Source of the DNA: Candidatus Lightella neohaematopini
GTDB lineage: Bacteria > Pseudomonadota > Gammaproteobacteria > Enterobacterales > Enterobacteriaceae
Reading direction: 5' to 3'
DNA length: 64,000 bases
Assembly (NCBI GenBank): GCA_025728545.1
Contig: JAOBJL010000002.1
Span: 44,178-108,177, forward strand
Shown: one piece after another, positions 28,162 to 38,887 of the stretch
Position numbering within the stretch: the stretch's first letter is position 1
Layout: each line of letters opens with the position of its first letter
Notes under the pieces: generated by a model
The model's input: only the letters and a program-made list of their open reading frames with translations
Told to the model about the DNA's origin: nothing
Databases searched by the model: none
Position numbers and translations under genes: made by a program

Positions 28162-28575
28162 AGTAATTTATTAAAATTTATATTTTATTTTTTCATTAAA
28201 AGATTTAAGTACCAAAATCAATAATATCTATTTGAAAGAAATAAACAAATAACGTTTATGTAATCAACAAATAAAAAATTGTTTAATATTAAATTCAAAA
28301 TTATAACTAATCATACTACTAAATAATTAAGTATGTGACAAATATTTTTAATAAAAAATTATTTATTAGTTAAGTTAACTATGTAACATTAAATAATGTA
28401 ATAATTTTTTTAAGATGATTATTACTAATATATAATTAATTTAGATATTACTGTAGTATTATATGGTTTTAATTTAATGTTATATTTACAATTATTTTAC
28501 CATAACTGTATAAAAAAGTAATTTTAATAAGAAATCTACAATATTTATAATTATATAATATAAGGAACTGTATTG

Positions 28576-29202
28576 ATGTTAAATGAACTAAGCTCAAAAA
28601 TTAATATTAAAAATTACAGTAATAATTTAGTCCCAATTGTAGTTGAAAAATTATCATATAGTGAAAGGGCATATGATATATTTTCTCGTTTATTAAAAGA
28701 AAGAATAATATTTATAACTGGTCAAATAGAAGATTATATGGCAAGTATAGTGATTGCTCAAATAATATTTTTAGAAGCACAAAATCCTGAAAAGGATATA
28801 TACTTGTATATCAATTCTCCAGGTGGAGTTATTAATGCCGGTATGGCTATTTATGATGTGATGCAATTCGTAAAACCAGATGTTAGTACATTATGTATTG
28901 GTCAAGCAGCTTCTATGGGAGCATTATTATTAATGTCTGGAACTAAGGGTAAAAGATTTTGTTTACCAAATTCTAGAATTATGATTCATCAACCAATTGG
29001 TGGATTTAATGGTCAGGCATCAGATATAGAAATACAAACAAAAGAGATATTAAATATTAAAAACAAAATTAATAAATTAATATCAAAACATACTAATAGA
29101 TCTTTTAATAAAGTATCTAAAGATACTGAAAGAGATTATTTTTTATCTGCCAATGAAGCATTAAAATATGGTATAATAGATTCAATAATAACAAATCGTT
29201 AA
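28576..29202 (+). CDS. clpP: ATP-dependent Clp protease proteolytic subunit
   Basis: The product contains [14 protein letters not shown], the catalytic Ser in [11 protein letters not shown], and His in MIHQP. The ATG at 28576 is preceded by AAGGAA. The track ORF begins one codon earlier at TTG. Confidence 0.95.
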   Translation: MLNELSSKINIKNYSNNLVPIVVEKLSYSERAYDIFSRLLKERIIFITGQIEDYMASIVIAQIIFLEAQNPEKDIYLYINSPGGVINAGMAIYDVMQFVKPDVSTLCIGQAASMGALLLMSGTKGKRFCLPNSRIMIHQPIGGFNGQASDIEIQTKEILNIKNKINKLISKHTNRSFNKVSKDTERDYFLSANEALKYGIIDSIITNR

Positions 29203-29245
29203 TTATAGTATATATTATTTTTTTTAATATACATGAGAGATATCT

Positions 29246-30481
29246 ATGATAGATAAAGAAAATAATGAGTTAAATAAATTATTGTATTGTTCTTTTTGTG
29301 GTAAAAGTCAAAAGGAAGTTAAAAAATTAATTGCTGGATCAGCTGTATATATTTGTAATGAATGTGTTAATTTATGTAATAAAATAATAAATGAAGAAAA
29401 AAATAGCATTGAATATGATAATAAAAATTTATTAATTAGTCCCCGTCAAATAAAATATTGTTTAGATAACTATGTAGTTGGACAAGAACAAGCAAAAAAA
29501 ATATTATCTGTTGCTGTATGTAACCACTATAAAAGAATTTGTGTCAGTAAAAATAATGATATTAAATTAGGTAAAAGTAATATTTTATTAATAGGGCCAA
29601 CTGGTAGTGGTAAAACTCTTCTTGCAGAAACATTAGCAAATTCAGTTAATGTACCGTTTGCTATAGCTGATGCTACCACATTAACTGAAGCTGGTTATGT
29701 TGGAGAAGATGTAGAAAATATAATACAAAAATTATTACAAAAATGTGATTTTAATGTAAAAAAAGCACAAAATGGTATTATATATGTTGATGAAATTGAT
29801 AAAATTTCTAGAAAAACAGATAACCCATCTATTACTAGAGATGTTTCTGGAGAAGGAGTACAACAAGCTTTATTAAAGTTAATAGAAGGTACTACTGCAT
29901 TAGTACCTCCAAAAGGAGGACGAAAACATCCACAACAAGAATTTATACAAGTAGAAACATCTAATATTTTATTTATTTGTGGTGGAGCATTTTCTGGTTT
30001 AAAGAATATAATAAAAAGAAGAGTAGAAACTAATTATGGTATTGGATTTTGTGCTAAAATTAAAAATAACAAAATATTAGATAATAATATTTTATTAAAA
30101 ACAAGACCAGAAGATTTAATTAAATTTGGATTAATACCAGAATTTGTTGGACGTTTACCTATTATAGCTGTATTAGAAGAACCAAATGTAGAGATGTTAG
30201 TACAAATTTTAAGTAAACCAAAGAATTCATTGGTTAAACAATATCAGACTATTTTTGATTTAGACAATATTAAATTAGAATTTTGTAATGAAGCTCTTTT
30301 AGCTATTGCTAATAAAGCAGTAAAATATAAAATTGGTGCTAGGGGGTTACGTTCTATTATAGAGAATATATTATTAGAAACTATGTATAATTTGCCATCA
30401 AAAAATGTAGTAAATAAAATATTAATTAATGAATCAGTAATTAATAAATCATTAGATCCAATACTAATATTTAATAAATAG
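29246..30481 (+). CDS. clpX: ATP-dependent Clp protease ATPase subunit ClpX
   Basis: The 411 aa product has the zinc finger CSFCGK...CNEC, Walker [12 protein letters not shown], Walker [10 protein letters not shown] and [10 protein letters not shown]. Confidence 0.95.
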   Translation: MIDKENNELNKLLYCSFCGKSQKEVKKLIAGSAVYICNECVNLCNKIINEEKNSIEYDNKNLLISPRQIKYCLDNYVVGQEQAKKILSVAVCNHYKRICVSKNNDIKLGKSNILLIGPTGSGKTLLAETLANSVNVPFAIADATTLTEAGYVGEDVENIIQKLLQKCDFNVKKAQNGIIYVDEIDKISRKTDNPSITRDVSGEGVQQALLKLIEGTTALVPPKGGRKHPQQEFIQVETSNILFICGGAFSGLKNIIKRRVETNYGIGFCAKIKNNKILDNNILLKTRPEDLIKFGLIPEFVGRLPIIAVLEEPNVEMLVQILSKPKNSLVKQYQTIFDLDNIKLEFCNEALLAIANKAVKYKIGARGLRSIIENILLETMYNLPSKNVVNKILINESVINKSLDPILIFNK

Positions 30482-30599
30482 TAATAGAAAATTTAGTTAA
30501 TATTTTTATCTAAAAAATTTTTAATTAATTAATTAGTACCAAAATTATTTGTACTGAATAAATTAACATAATTGTTATCTTATTTTCTAAGAGAAATAA

Positions 30600-32921
30600 A
30601 TGACTAATCACGACTATGTAAATAAAATTATTCCAGTATTACCATTAAGAGATATAGTGGTATATCCAAATATCGTAGTTCCATTATTTATTGGTCGTGA
30701 AAAATCTATTAAATGTTTAGAAATTGCTATGAATAAAGATAAGAAAATTATGTTGGTTACTCAAAAAGAACCATCTAATGATGATCCTGGAGTTAATGAC
30801 TTATTTTTAGTAGGTACTGTAGCTCATATACTACAAATGATAAAATTAGCTGATGGAACTATAAAAATACTTGTAAAAGGTCATATTAGAGCCTACATAA
30901 AAAAACTAGAAGATCATAATAATTATTTTACAGCTGAAATAACTTATTTTTCTGATCCAAATACATATGATGGGGAAGAACAAAATACATTAGTAAGAGT
31001 TATAATTAATCAATTTAATGACTATATAAAATTAAATAATAAAATTATTCCAGAAATAATAAAATTAATAAATAATATAGAAGATGCAGATATATTAATT
31101 AATACCATAGCAACTCATATGCCGTTAAAAATAACTGATAAACAATTATTATTAGAAATAAACAGTATTTCTAAAAGATTAGAAAAATTAGCTATTATTA
31201 TAGAATCAGAAATTAATTTATTAAAACTAGACAGAAGTATTCATGATAGAATAAAAAAACAAATGGAAAAAAGTCAAAAAGAATATTATTTAAATGAGCA
31301 AATTAAGGCTATACAAAAAGAATTAGGTGAAATGGATAATATTTCTGATGAATATAATACTTTGTTAAGTAAAATAAAATTATCTAAAATGCCAAAAATA
31401 GCCAAGGATAAAACTAAAAATGAATTATATAAATTAAAAATGATGTCCCCAATATCAGCAGAAGCTACTGTTGTAAGAAGTTATATAGATTGGATGTTGA
31501 CAATACCATGGAATAAACGTAGTAAAATTAAAAAAGATTTATTTAAAGCTAAGATTATTTTAGATAATGATCATTATGGATTAAATCAAGTAAAAGAATA
31601 TATATTAGAATATTTAGCAGTACAAAATAGAAATAATAAAGTGAATGGGTTAATATTATGTTTAGTAGGACCACCAGGTGTAGGGAAAACTTCATTAGGT
31701 AAATCAATAGCGAAAGCTACTGGAAGAAAATATATACATATGTCTCTTGGTGGAATGAAAGATGAAGCAGAAATACGTGGTCATCGTAGAACGTATATTG
31801 GATCTATGCCAGGAAAACTAATACAAAAAATTTCTAAGAGTAAAGTAATTAATCCTGTATTTCTATTAGATGAGATTGATAAAATATCATTTGATATGAG
31901 AGGTGATCCGGCATCAGCTTTATTAGAAGCATTAGATCCAGAACAGAATAAAGCATTTAACGATAATTATTTAGAAATTGATTATGATTTATCTAATGTT
32001 ATGTTTATTGCTACTGCTAATTCTACTAATATAATACCACCATTACTTGATCGAATGGAAATAATTAGAATTTCTGGGTATTCTGAAGATGAAAAACTTA
32101 ATATTGCAAAAAAATATCTAATACCTAAACAAATTAAAAGAAATGCTTTAAAAGAGGAAGAATTATATATAGATGATAATGCAATATTAGATATCATTAA
32201 ATATTATACAAGAGAAGCGGGAGTTCGTAATTTAGAACGAGAGATATCAAAAATATGTAGAAAAACAGTTAAATTAATATTAACAGATAACAATATTAAT
32301 ACTATTAAGATTAATAATGATAATTTAAGTAATTTTATTGGTATAAAAAAATTTGATTATAAATATATTAATAATAAAGATATAGTAGGTCAAGTAAACG
32401 GACTAGCTTGGACCAATACTGGTGGTGATTTATTGATTATTGAAACTACCTGTGTATCCGGTAATGGTAAATTAGTTTATACTGGATCTTTAGGAAAGGT
32501 TATGCAAGAATCAATAAAGATTGCTCTTACTGTTGTTAGGGCAAATGTTAATAAATTTAAAATAGATCCAATTTTTTATAAAATAATGGATATTCATATA
32601 CATGTCCCGGAAGGAGCAATACCTAAAGATGGTCCCAGTGCTGGTATTGCTATATATACTGCTTTAATATCTTCATTATCAAAAAAACCAATCAAAAATA
32701 ATATAGCTATGACTGGAGAAATTACACTAAATGGAAATATATTACCAATTGGTGGTTTAAAAGAAAAATTACTGGCTGCTTATAGAAGTGGTATTAAAAC
32801 AGTCCTAATACCATACGGTAATCAATATAATTTAAAAAATATACCAAATAATATTTTAAACAAAATAAACATAAAATTAGTTAATTATATTGATGATGTA
32901 ACTAATTTGACATTGATATAA
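30600..32921 (+). CDS. lon: Lon protease
   Basis: The 773 aa product starts with an N-terminal PVLPLRD.VVYP. It has Walker A GPPGVGKTS and the catalytic Ser in PKDGPSAGIA, with Lys in the ..LKEKLLAA region. Confidence 0.95.
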   Translation: MTNHDYVNKIIPVLPLRDIVVYPNIVVPLFIGREKSIKCLEIAMNKDKKIMLVTQKEPSNDDPGVNDLFLVGTVAHILQMIKLADGTIKILVKGHIRAYIKKLEDHNNYFTAEITYFSDPNTYDGEEQNTLVRVIINQFNDYIKLNNKIIPEIIKLINNIEDADILINTIATHMPLKITDKQLLLEINSISKRLEKLAIIIESEINLLKLDRSIHDRIKKQMEKSQKEYYLNEQIKAIQKELGEMDNISDEYNTLLSKIKLSKMPKIAKDKTKNELYKLKMMSPISAEATVVRSYIDWMLTIPWNKRSKIKKDLFKAKIILDNDHYGLNQVKEYILEYLAVQNRNNKVNGLILCLVGPPGVGKTSLGKSIAKATGRKYIHMSLGGMKDEAEIRGHRRTYIGSMPGKLIQKISKSKVINPVFLLDEIDKISFDMRGDPASALLEALDPEQNKAFNDNYLEIDYDLSNVMFIATANSTNIIPPLLDRMEIIRISGYSEDEKLNIAKKYLIPKQIKRNALKEEELYIDDNAILDIIKYYTREAGVRNLEREISKICRKTVKLILTDNNINTIKINNDNLSNFIGIKKFDYKYINNKDIVGQVNGLAWTNTGGDLLIIETTCVSGNGKLVYTGSLGKVMQESIKIALTVVRANVNKFKIDPIFYKIMDIHIHVPEGAIPKDGPSAGIAIYTALISSLSKKPIKNNIAMTGEITLNGNILPIGGLKEKLLAAYRSGIKTVLIPYGNQYNLKNIPNNILNKINIKLVNYIDDVTNLTLI

Positions 32922-33287
32922 TTTATGTATTTTATAAATATTAGTTATATTCTTTATATAAAGAAATAATTTGAATATATTAACTTTAAGTATTTAAAAC
33001 AAAATTTTTATATTAAATTAAAAATAAGAAGTATAATATTAATTTGTAATGAATGTATTATTTATTTCAATTAATACTTTAAAAAATTTAAATATGCTCA
33101 TATTAATTTTATAATATTAATAGATTAAATTAGTGTTAATTTAAATTTTACTAATAATTAAATAAAAAGTAATTAGTTATCTTTGATATATAATAAAGTA
33201 TATAGTAATTAATTTTTAATAAAATATTAATTTATTATATAAATCTAGAATATTTATTTTTCTATTTTTTAATTACTGGATAATATC

Positions 33288-35027
33288 GTGAGATTATTTA
33301 AACAATTAAAATGGTTTTTTTTTCGTGAATGGCGTCATTATGCTGGAGCTGTAATAATACTATTTTTGATAGCTTTATTACAGTTAATACCACCAATTAT
33401 GGTTGGTAATATTGTTGATACAGTATTACTAAAATCTTATAATAAATTATATATAATATATATTATAATAATTATGGTTATTATTGCTGTTGTTGCTTAC
33501 TGGTTACGTTATACATGGAGAATATTATTATTTGGATCAGCATACAAATTAGCTGTGGAGTTACGTAATAAATTATATAAATTATTAAGTAATCAATCGC
33601 CAGAATTCTATTCTAATTATAGAACTGGTGATTTAATAGCTAGAGCAACTAATGATGTTGATAGAGTTGTTTTTGCTGCCGGAGAAGGAGTACTAACATT
33701 AGTAGATTCCTTAGTAATAGGATGTTCTGTAATATTTATCATGATATTAAAAATAGATTGGAAATTAACTATTTTATCATTATCCCCAATGCCGGTAATG
33801 GCATTTATAATTAATAATGACGGTAAAAAACTACATAGATATTTTCGTTTAGCACAAGCATCATTTTCTTTATTAAATAGTAGAGTTCAAGAAGATTTAA
33901 CTAATATAAGAATGATTAAAATATTTGGTATAGAACAAAGACAATTAAGATATTTTACTAATATAGCAATAGATACTAGTAAAAGAAATATGGATGTTGC
34001 TTTAATTGATTCACGTTTTGATCCAATAATTTATTTAACTATAGGATTATCTAATTTATTAGCTGTGTTTGGAGGTAGTTGGTTAGTAATTCATAAACAA
34101 ATGACATTAGGACAACTTACCAGTTTTATTATGTATTTAGGTTTAATGATTTGGCCAATGTTAGCGTTAGCTTGGATGTTTAATATTGTAGAACGGGGTA
34201 GTGCAGCTTATACTAGAATCAATCAAATGTTAAATGAATCTTATAAAATTATTGATGGTAAATTAAATTTACCCAGTTATAATGGGGATATAATTTTAAA
34301 AATTAATAAATTTTCATATCCAAAAACTGATAGAGTTGTGCTAAGTAATATTAATTATATTATTAAATCAGGAACAGTTATAGGTATATGTGGTCCAACT
34401 GGTTCTGGTAAAAGTACTTTATTATCGTTAATTTTAAGAAATTTTGATTTAGAACACGGTAAAATATTATATCATAATATACCATTATATTCGTTAATAT
34501 TGAATGAGTGGAGAAATAAATTATCTGTAGTTAACCAGAATAACTTTTTATTTTCTGATAGTATAATAAATAATATTACATTAGGTAGAACAAACGTTAA
34601 TTTTAATGATATAAAAAAGGTTACTAATATAGCCTGTATACATCAAGAAATTATCAGTTTACCTAATGGATATTATACAAAGGTAGGAGAAAGGGGAATG
34701 ATGTTATCTGGAGGACAAAAACAAAGAATAGCTATCGCTAGATCTTTATTGTTAGATTCTGCTAATATATTAATTTTAGATGATGCATTATCTGCAGTTG
34801 ATACAGAAACAGAAAATCAAATACTTAATAATATATATAAGTGGAAAAAAAATAAAACATTAATTATTATTACACATAAACTAAATTCTATAAAAAATGC
34901 TGATCATATTTTAGTACTAAAAAATGGTAGCATAGTGGAACAAGGTACTCATTATTTTTTATTAAAACAATCTATATGGTATAGAAAAATGTACTATTAT
35001 CAACAATTAAAAGTTACTCTTAAATAG
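33288..35027 (+). CDS. mdlA: ABC exporter fused permease/ATPase MdlA
   Basis: The 579 aa product uses a GTG start. (M)RLFKQLKWFFFREWRHYAGAV matches E. coli MdlA MRLFAQLSWYFRREWRRYLGAV. It also has RATNDVDRVVFAAGEGVLTLVDS, Walker A GPTGSGKSTL and the signature LSGGQKQR. Confidence 0.9.
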   Translation: MRLFKQLKWFFFREWRHYAGAVIILFLIALLQLIPPIMVGNIVDTVLLKSYNKLYIIYIIIIMVIIAVVAYWLRYTWRILLFGSAYKLAVELRNKLYKLLSNQSPEFYSNYRTGDLIARATNDVDRVVFAAGEGVLTLVDSLVIGCSVIFIMILKIDWKLTILSLSPMPVMAFIINNDGKKLHRYFRLAQASFSLLNSRVQEDLTNIRMIKIFGIEQRQLRYFTNIAIDTSKRNMDVALIDSRFDPIIYLTIGLSNLLAVFGGSWLVIHKQMTLGQLTSFIMYLGLMIWPMLALAWMFNIVERGSAAYTRINQMLNESYKIIDGKLNLPSYNGDIILKINKFSYPKTDRVVLSNINYIIKSGTVIGICGPTGSGKSTLLSLILRNFDLEHGKILYHNIPLYSLILNEWRNKLSVVNQNNFLFSDSIINNITLGRTNVNFNDIKKVTNIACIHQEIISLPNGYYTKVGERGMMLSGGQKQRIAIARSLLLDSANILILDDALSAVDTETENQILNNIYKWKKNKTLIIITHKLNSIKNADHILVLKNGSIVEQGTHYFLLKQSIWYRKMYYYQQLKVTLK

Positions 35028-35044
35028 GATAATCTTAAAAAATA

Positions 35045-36784
35045 ATGAATAATTGGAAAAATCTTTGGTTTACTTTAAAAAGACTACTAAATTATGGTAC
35101 AAATCACCAAAAATCAATAATTATTGCTATACTTATGTTATGTATTGCTTCTTTAGATGAAGTAACTGGTACAATGATTATTAGTTATTTCATAGATAAC
35201 TTTTTAACTGATCAAAAATTATCTTTATTATTTATAATAATTTTATTAATAACTTTTATTATATTACAGGTTAAATCTGTAATATTACGTTACTATCAGT
35301 CCTTAAAATTTAATAAAACATCTATAGATATTGTGCAACAATTAAGAATTGATTTAATGAATACAATTTTGCAACAACCTATTAAAACATTCGATAATAA
35401 ATCAGTTGGCCAATTAATATCATGTATTACTAATGATACAGAAGTAGTAAAAGATTTATTCCTAACAGTAATATCATCAGTATTACGTAGTATAGCTTTA
35501 ATTATTGCTATGTTAATAGCTATGTTTTTGCTAAATTATCAATTAGCTTGTATTTCTTTATTATTATTTCCGCTAGTGTTTTTAGTGATGTGGTTATATC
35601 AATATTACTGTACTCCAATAGTTAGAAAATTAAGATCTTATATAGCAAAAATCAATAGTTTTTTTAATGAAACTATTAGCGGTATGCTAATTATACAACA
35701 ATTTTGTCAACAAAAACGTTTTGCAAATAAATTAAAAAGAGCTAGTAATATACATTTTAAACTACGTATGTTAACTCTAAAATTAGATGGTTATTTATTA
35801 CGACCTTTGTTAAATTTACTTTTCTCTATTCTTTTATGCGTTATTTTACTTGTTTTTAGTTTTAATAATAAGTTAATTAGTGTAGGTATATTATACGCTT
35901 TTATTAATTATTTAGGTAGATTAAATGAGCCATTAATAGAATTAACATCCCAACAATCTATTATTCAACAAGCTATAGTAGCTGGTGAACGTATATTTAA
36001 ATTAATGGATAGTCCTATACAAAAATATGGTTTGGACGATAAACCATTAAATAATGGTAATATAACTATAAAAAATTTAAATTTTTCGTACAATAATAAT
36101 ATAAATACACTTAATAATATAAATATTTTTATACCTGATAAACATTTTATCGCTTTAGTTGGTCATACCGGTAGTGGTAAAAGTACATTAGCGAATCTTA
36201 TAATGGGTAACTATCAAATTAGTAAAAATACTATATTTTTAGATAATAGACCAATCGAAACCTTAACTCATAAAGTAATACATAGTAGTGTATTAATGGT
36301 ACAACAAGATCCAGTTATTATGGCTGATACAATATATGAAAATTTATCACTTGGTAGTAATATTAAAGAGAATGATATATGGGTTATACTAAAACAAATT
36401 AAACTATCATCCTTAATATATTCTTTACCTAATGGATTATTTACTAAATTAAGTGAATATGGTAACTCTTTATCTGCTGGACAAAGACAATTATTAACAT
36501 TAGCAAGGGCTTTAATATTACATCCAAAAATATTAATTTTAGATGAAGCTACTTCTAATATTGATTATGGTACAGAGTTAGCTATTGCAAAAGTAATTGA
36601 TAAAATTCGTAAGCATTTAACATTAATTGTTATTGCACATAGATTGTCTACTATTATTCATGCTGACAAAATAATAGTTTTACATAAAGGTAGTATTATA
36701 GAATGTGGAACACATGATTATCTAATAAAAAAACGTAGTTATTATTATAAACTATACAAGTTACAAAAATTCAATAAGATATAA
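35045..36784 (+). CDS. mdlB: ABC exporter fused permease/ATPase MdlB
   Basis: The 579 aa product has six TM segments followed by an ATPase with Walker A GHTGSGKSTL, the signature LSAGQRQL and Walker B ILILDEATS. It lies immediately after mdlA. Confidence 0.85.
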   Translation: MNNWKNLWFTLKRLLNYGTNHQKSIIIAILMLCIASLDEVTGTMIISYFIDNFLTDQKLSLLFIIILLITFIILQVKSVILRYYQSLKFNKTSIDIVQQLRIDLMNTILQQPIKTFDNKSVGQLISCITNDTEVVKDLFLTVISSVLRSIALIIAMLIAMFLLNYQLACISLLLFPLVFLVMWLYQYYCTPIVRKLRSYIAKINSFFNETISGMLIIQQFCQQKRFANKLKRASNIHFKLRMLTLKLDGYLLRPLLNLLFSILLCVILLVFSFNNKLISVGILYAFINYLGRLNEPLIELTSQQSIIQQAIVAGERIFKLMDSPIQKYGLDDKPLNNGNITIKNLNFSYNNNINTLNNINIFIPDKHFIALVGHTGSGKSTLANLIMGNYQISKNTIFLDNRPIETLTHKVIHSSVLMVQQDPVIMADTIYENLSLGSNIKENDIWVILKQIKLSSLIYSLPNGLFTKLSEYGNSLSAGQRQLLTLARALILHPKILILDEATSNIDYGTELAIAKVIDKIRKHLTLIVIAHRLSTIIHADKIIVLHKGSIIECGTHDYLIKKRSYYYKLYKLQKFNKI

Positions 36785-36841
36785 AACTATTAATTTATTT
36801 ATATTAAGTATTATGATAGATATATAATTATTAATAATAAA

Positions 36842-36871
36842 TTGACAGTTATAATAAGTTTATTTTAATAT
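36842..36871 (+). promoter_or_regulatory. Candidate sigma70 promoter of ffs
   Basis: A perfect -35 TTGACA lies at 36842-36847. The -10 is either TTAATA with a 17-nt spacer (36865-36870) or TAATAT with an 18-nt spacer (36866-36871). The first G of the 4.5S RNA helix (36880) lies about 8-10 nt downstream. Confidence 0.4.
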
Positions 36872-36879
36872 ATTATATA

Positions 36880-36983
36880 GGGTAATTGGTGTTATTATAT
36901 CGTGTATTTATGTGAACCCGGTCAGGTCTGGAAAGAAGCAGCCGTAATATATTTATAATGATGATAATAATTACTAATTATCC
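36880..36983 (+). ncRNA. ffs: Signal recognition particle 4.5S RNA
   Basis: A GC-rich island sits in an AT-rich spacer. CCCGGTCAGGTCTGGAAAGAAGCAGCC matches the conserved E. coli domain IV CCAGGTCAGGTCCGGAAGGAAGCAGCC, including the GGAA tetraloop. The flanks GGGTAATTGGTGTTATTAT / ATGATGATAATAATTAC..AATTATCC can pair into the long hairpin. The ends are approximate to within about 5 nt. Confidence 0.85.
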
Positions 36984-37154
36984 AAATAAGTTTTACATAA
37001 ATTATAAAATAATATTACATATTATTCATTGTTAGATTAATAAATTCTTATTTGTAATTTAATAGTTATGTTATTAATCTAAGTATTATAGTTGATAGTA
37101 ATAGTATAATTATATTATTAAAAATATAATAAATAATTTTGGTTATCTGTAATT

Positions 37155-37709
37155 ATGTTCTTAGAACAAGAAAAATTAGCATTAATTAGAAAAAACATAA
37201 TATCAGTTCCAAATTATCCTAAACCTGGTTTAATATTTAGAGATATTACTAATTTAGTTAAACATCCATGTGCATACTCTGCTAGTATATCATTATTAAC
37301 TAATTACTATCGTAAGTATAATTTAAATAAAGTTGTTGGTATAGAAGCTAGAGGATTTTTATTTGGAGCCCCATTAGCATTATCATTAGGATTAGGATTT
37401 ATTCCGGTAAGAAAACCAGGAAAATTACCTAGAACAACAATAAGTGAACATTATGCATTAGAATATGGTAATAATAAATTAGAAATACATAGAGATTCTA
37501 TTATTCCTGGTGATAAAGTATTAATAGTAGATGATTTATTAGCTACTGGGGGTACGATATGTGCAGCAGCTAAACTAATAAGAAGACTTAATGGTGTAGT
37601 AAATAACGCTGCTTTTATTATTAATTTGGTTGAATTAGGAGGAGAGAATATATTAAATAGTATAGGTATTAAAAGTTATAGTTTATTATTATTTAATAAT
37701 AATCAGTAA
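37155..37709 (+). CDS. apt: Adenine phosphoribosyltransferase
   Basis: The 184 aa product contains [23 protein letters not shown] and the PRPP motif [13 protein letters not shown]. Confidence 0.95.
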   Translation: MFLEQEKLALIRKNIISVPNYPKPGLIFRDITNLVKHPCAYSASISLLTNYYRKYNLNKVVGIEARGFLFGAPLALSLGLGFIPVRKPGKLPRTTISEHYALEYGNNKLEIHRDSIIPGDKVLIVDDLLATGGTICAAAKLIRRLNGVVNNAAFIINLVELGGENILNSIGIKSYSLLLFNNNQ

Positions 37710-37728
37710 TTGTATTAATTTAATTTAT

Positions 37729-38802
37729 ATGAGTTATAAACCATTAGTATTCAAATATCGTCCTGAATGTTTTAATGATCTTATTGGACAAGATCATATA
37801 GTTAGTGCTTTTACTAATGCATTTTATTTAAACAAGATTCATCATGCATATATTTTTTCTGGTTCTTATGGTATAGGAAAAACTACAATAGCGAGATTAT
37901 TTGCTAAAAGTTTAAATTGTATTAATAATATAAATATTTGTAATGTTTGTAATACGTGTGTAGAAATACAAAATAATTGTTTTGTAGATTTAATAGAAAT
38001 TGATGCAGCATCTTCTTCTGGTGTGGATAATATTAAGGAATTAATAGAAAATGCTCAGTATTTTCCAGTTAAAGGAAAGTTTAAAATTTATTTAATTGAT
38101 GAAGTACATATGTTATCTCGTAGTAGTTTTAATGCTTTATTAAAAATATTAGAAGAACCACCTCTGCATATCAAGTTTCTACTAGCTACTACTGAATATA
38201 ATAAAATACCAAAAGTAATTACTTCTCGTTGTCTACATTTTCATTTACTAAAAGTAGATATCGACAAAATTACTTCATATTTAAAAAATATTTTAACTAA
38301 GGAACAAATATTATTTGATGAACAAGCAATAAATTATATTGCAAATACTGCTAATGGTAGTTTACGTGATGCATTAAATTTAACTGATCAAGCTATAGTT
38401 TTTGGTAATGGAAAAATAACTAAGAATATAGTAATTACTATGCTTGGTATAATTGATATTAGTCAAATAATATTAATTATTGAATTAATAATATCAAATA
38501 ATACTAATCAATTAATGAATACTATAAATAGTATATCTACAAATAATATTAATTGGGAACAATTTTTAATCGATATTTTATTAGTATTACATGATATTTT
38601 ATTAATTAAAACTTTATCAAACTATAACTTTAATTATAATAAGAATATATTACCTCGTTTAAAAAGTATTTCAAAATCTTTGTCAATTAGTATCATAGAA
38701 AAATATATTGATTTAATATTAAGTGGTTATCAGGAATTATTAATAGTAAATAATAAAAAATTAATAATAGAAATAATACTATTAAAATTAATTAATTATT
38801 GA
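37729..38802 (+). CDS. dnaX: DNA polymerase III clamp-loader subunit DnaX, domains I-III only (357 aa)
   Basis: MSYKPLVFKYRPECFNDLIGQDHI matches E. coli MSYQVLARKWRPQTFADVVGQEHV. The product has Walker A GSYGIGKTT, a Cys-rich zinc module, Walker B KIYLIDEVHMLS and the sensor/SRC motif ITSRC. It ends at ..IIEIILLKLINY, which is equivalent to the end of E. coli domain III. Confidence 0.9.
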   Translation: MSYKPLVFKYRPECFNDLIGQDHIVSAFTNAFYLNKIHHAYIFSGSYGIGKTTIARLFAKSLNCINNINICNVCNTCVEIQNNCFVDLIEIDAASSSGVDNIKELIENAQYFPVKGKFKIYLIDEVHMLSRSSFNALLKILEEPPLHIKFLLATTEYNKIPKVITSRCLHFHLLKVDIDKITSYLKNILTKEQILFDEQAINYIANTANGSLRDALNLTDQAIVFGNGKITKNIVITMLGIIDISQIILIIELIISNNTNQLMNTINSISTNNINWEQFLIDILLVLHDILLIKTLSNYNFNYNKNILPRLKSISKSLSISIIEKYIDLILSGYQELLIVNNKKLIIEIILLKLINY

Positions 38803-38887
38803 TTTTTAAATTATAAAATTATATTATGTTGATAGTTGTGTCTAATTAAAGTATAGTATTTATTAGTTATAAATTATTAATATTATA

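Noticed and set aside
28232-28261. A sigma32-like element TTGAAA-N15-CGTTTATGT upstream of clpP. In E. coli, clpP has a heat-shock promoter.
   Set aside because: The -10 part bears little resemblance to CCCCATNT. The site lies about 340 nt upstream of the start codon, and TTGAAA is expected by chance in this composition.
31982-32197. A 71-aa minus-strand ORF.
   Set aside because: It is antisense to and nested within lon.
37032-37082. A perfect 12-bp inverted repeat TTAGATTAATAA ... TTATTAATCTAA with a 27-nt spacer, between ffs and apt.
   Set aside because: With roughly 80% A+T, several such 12-bp inverted repeats are expected by chance in 64 kb. The stem is all-AT apart from one G:C pair, there is no following U tract, and nothing suggests a functional context.
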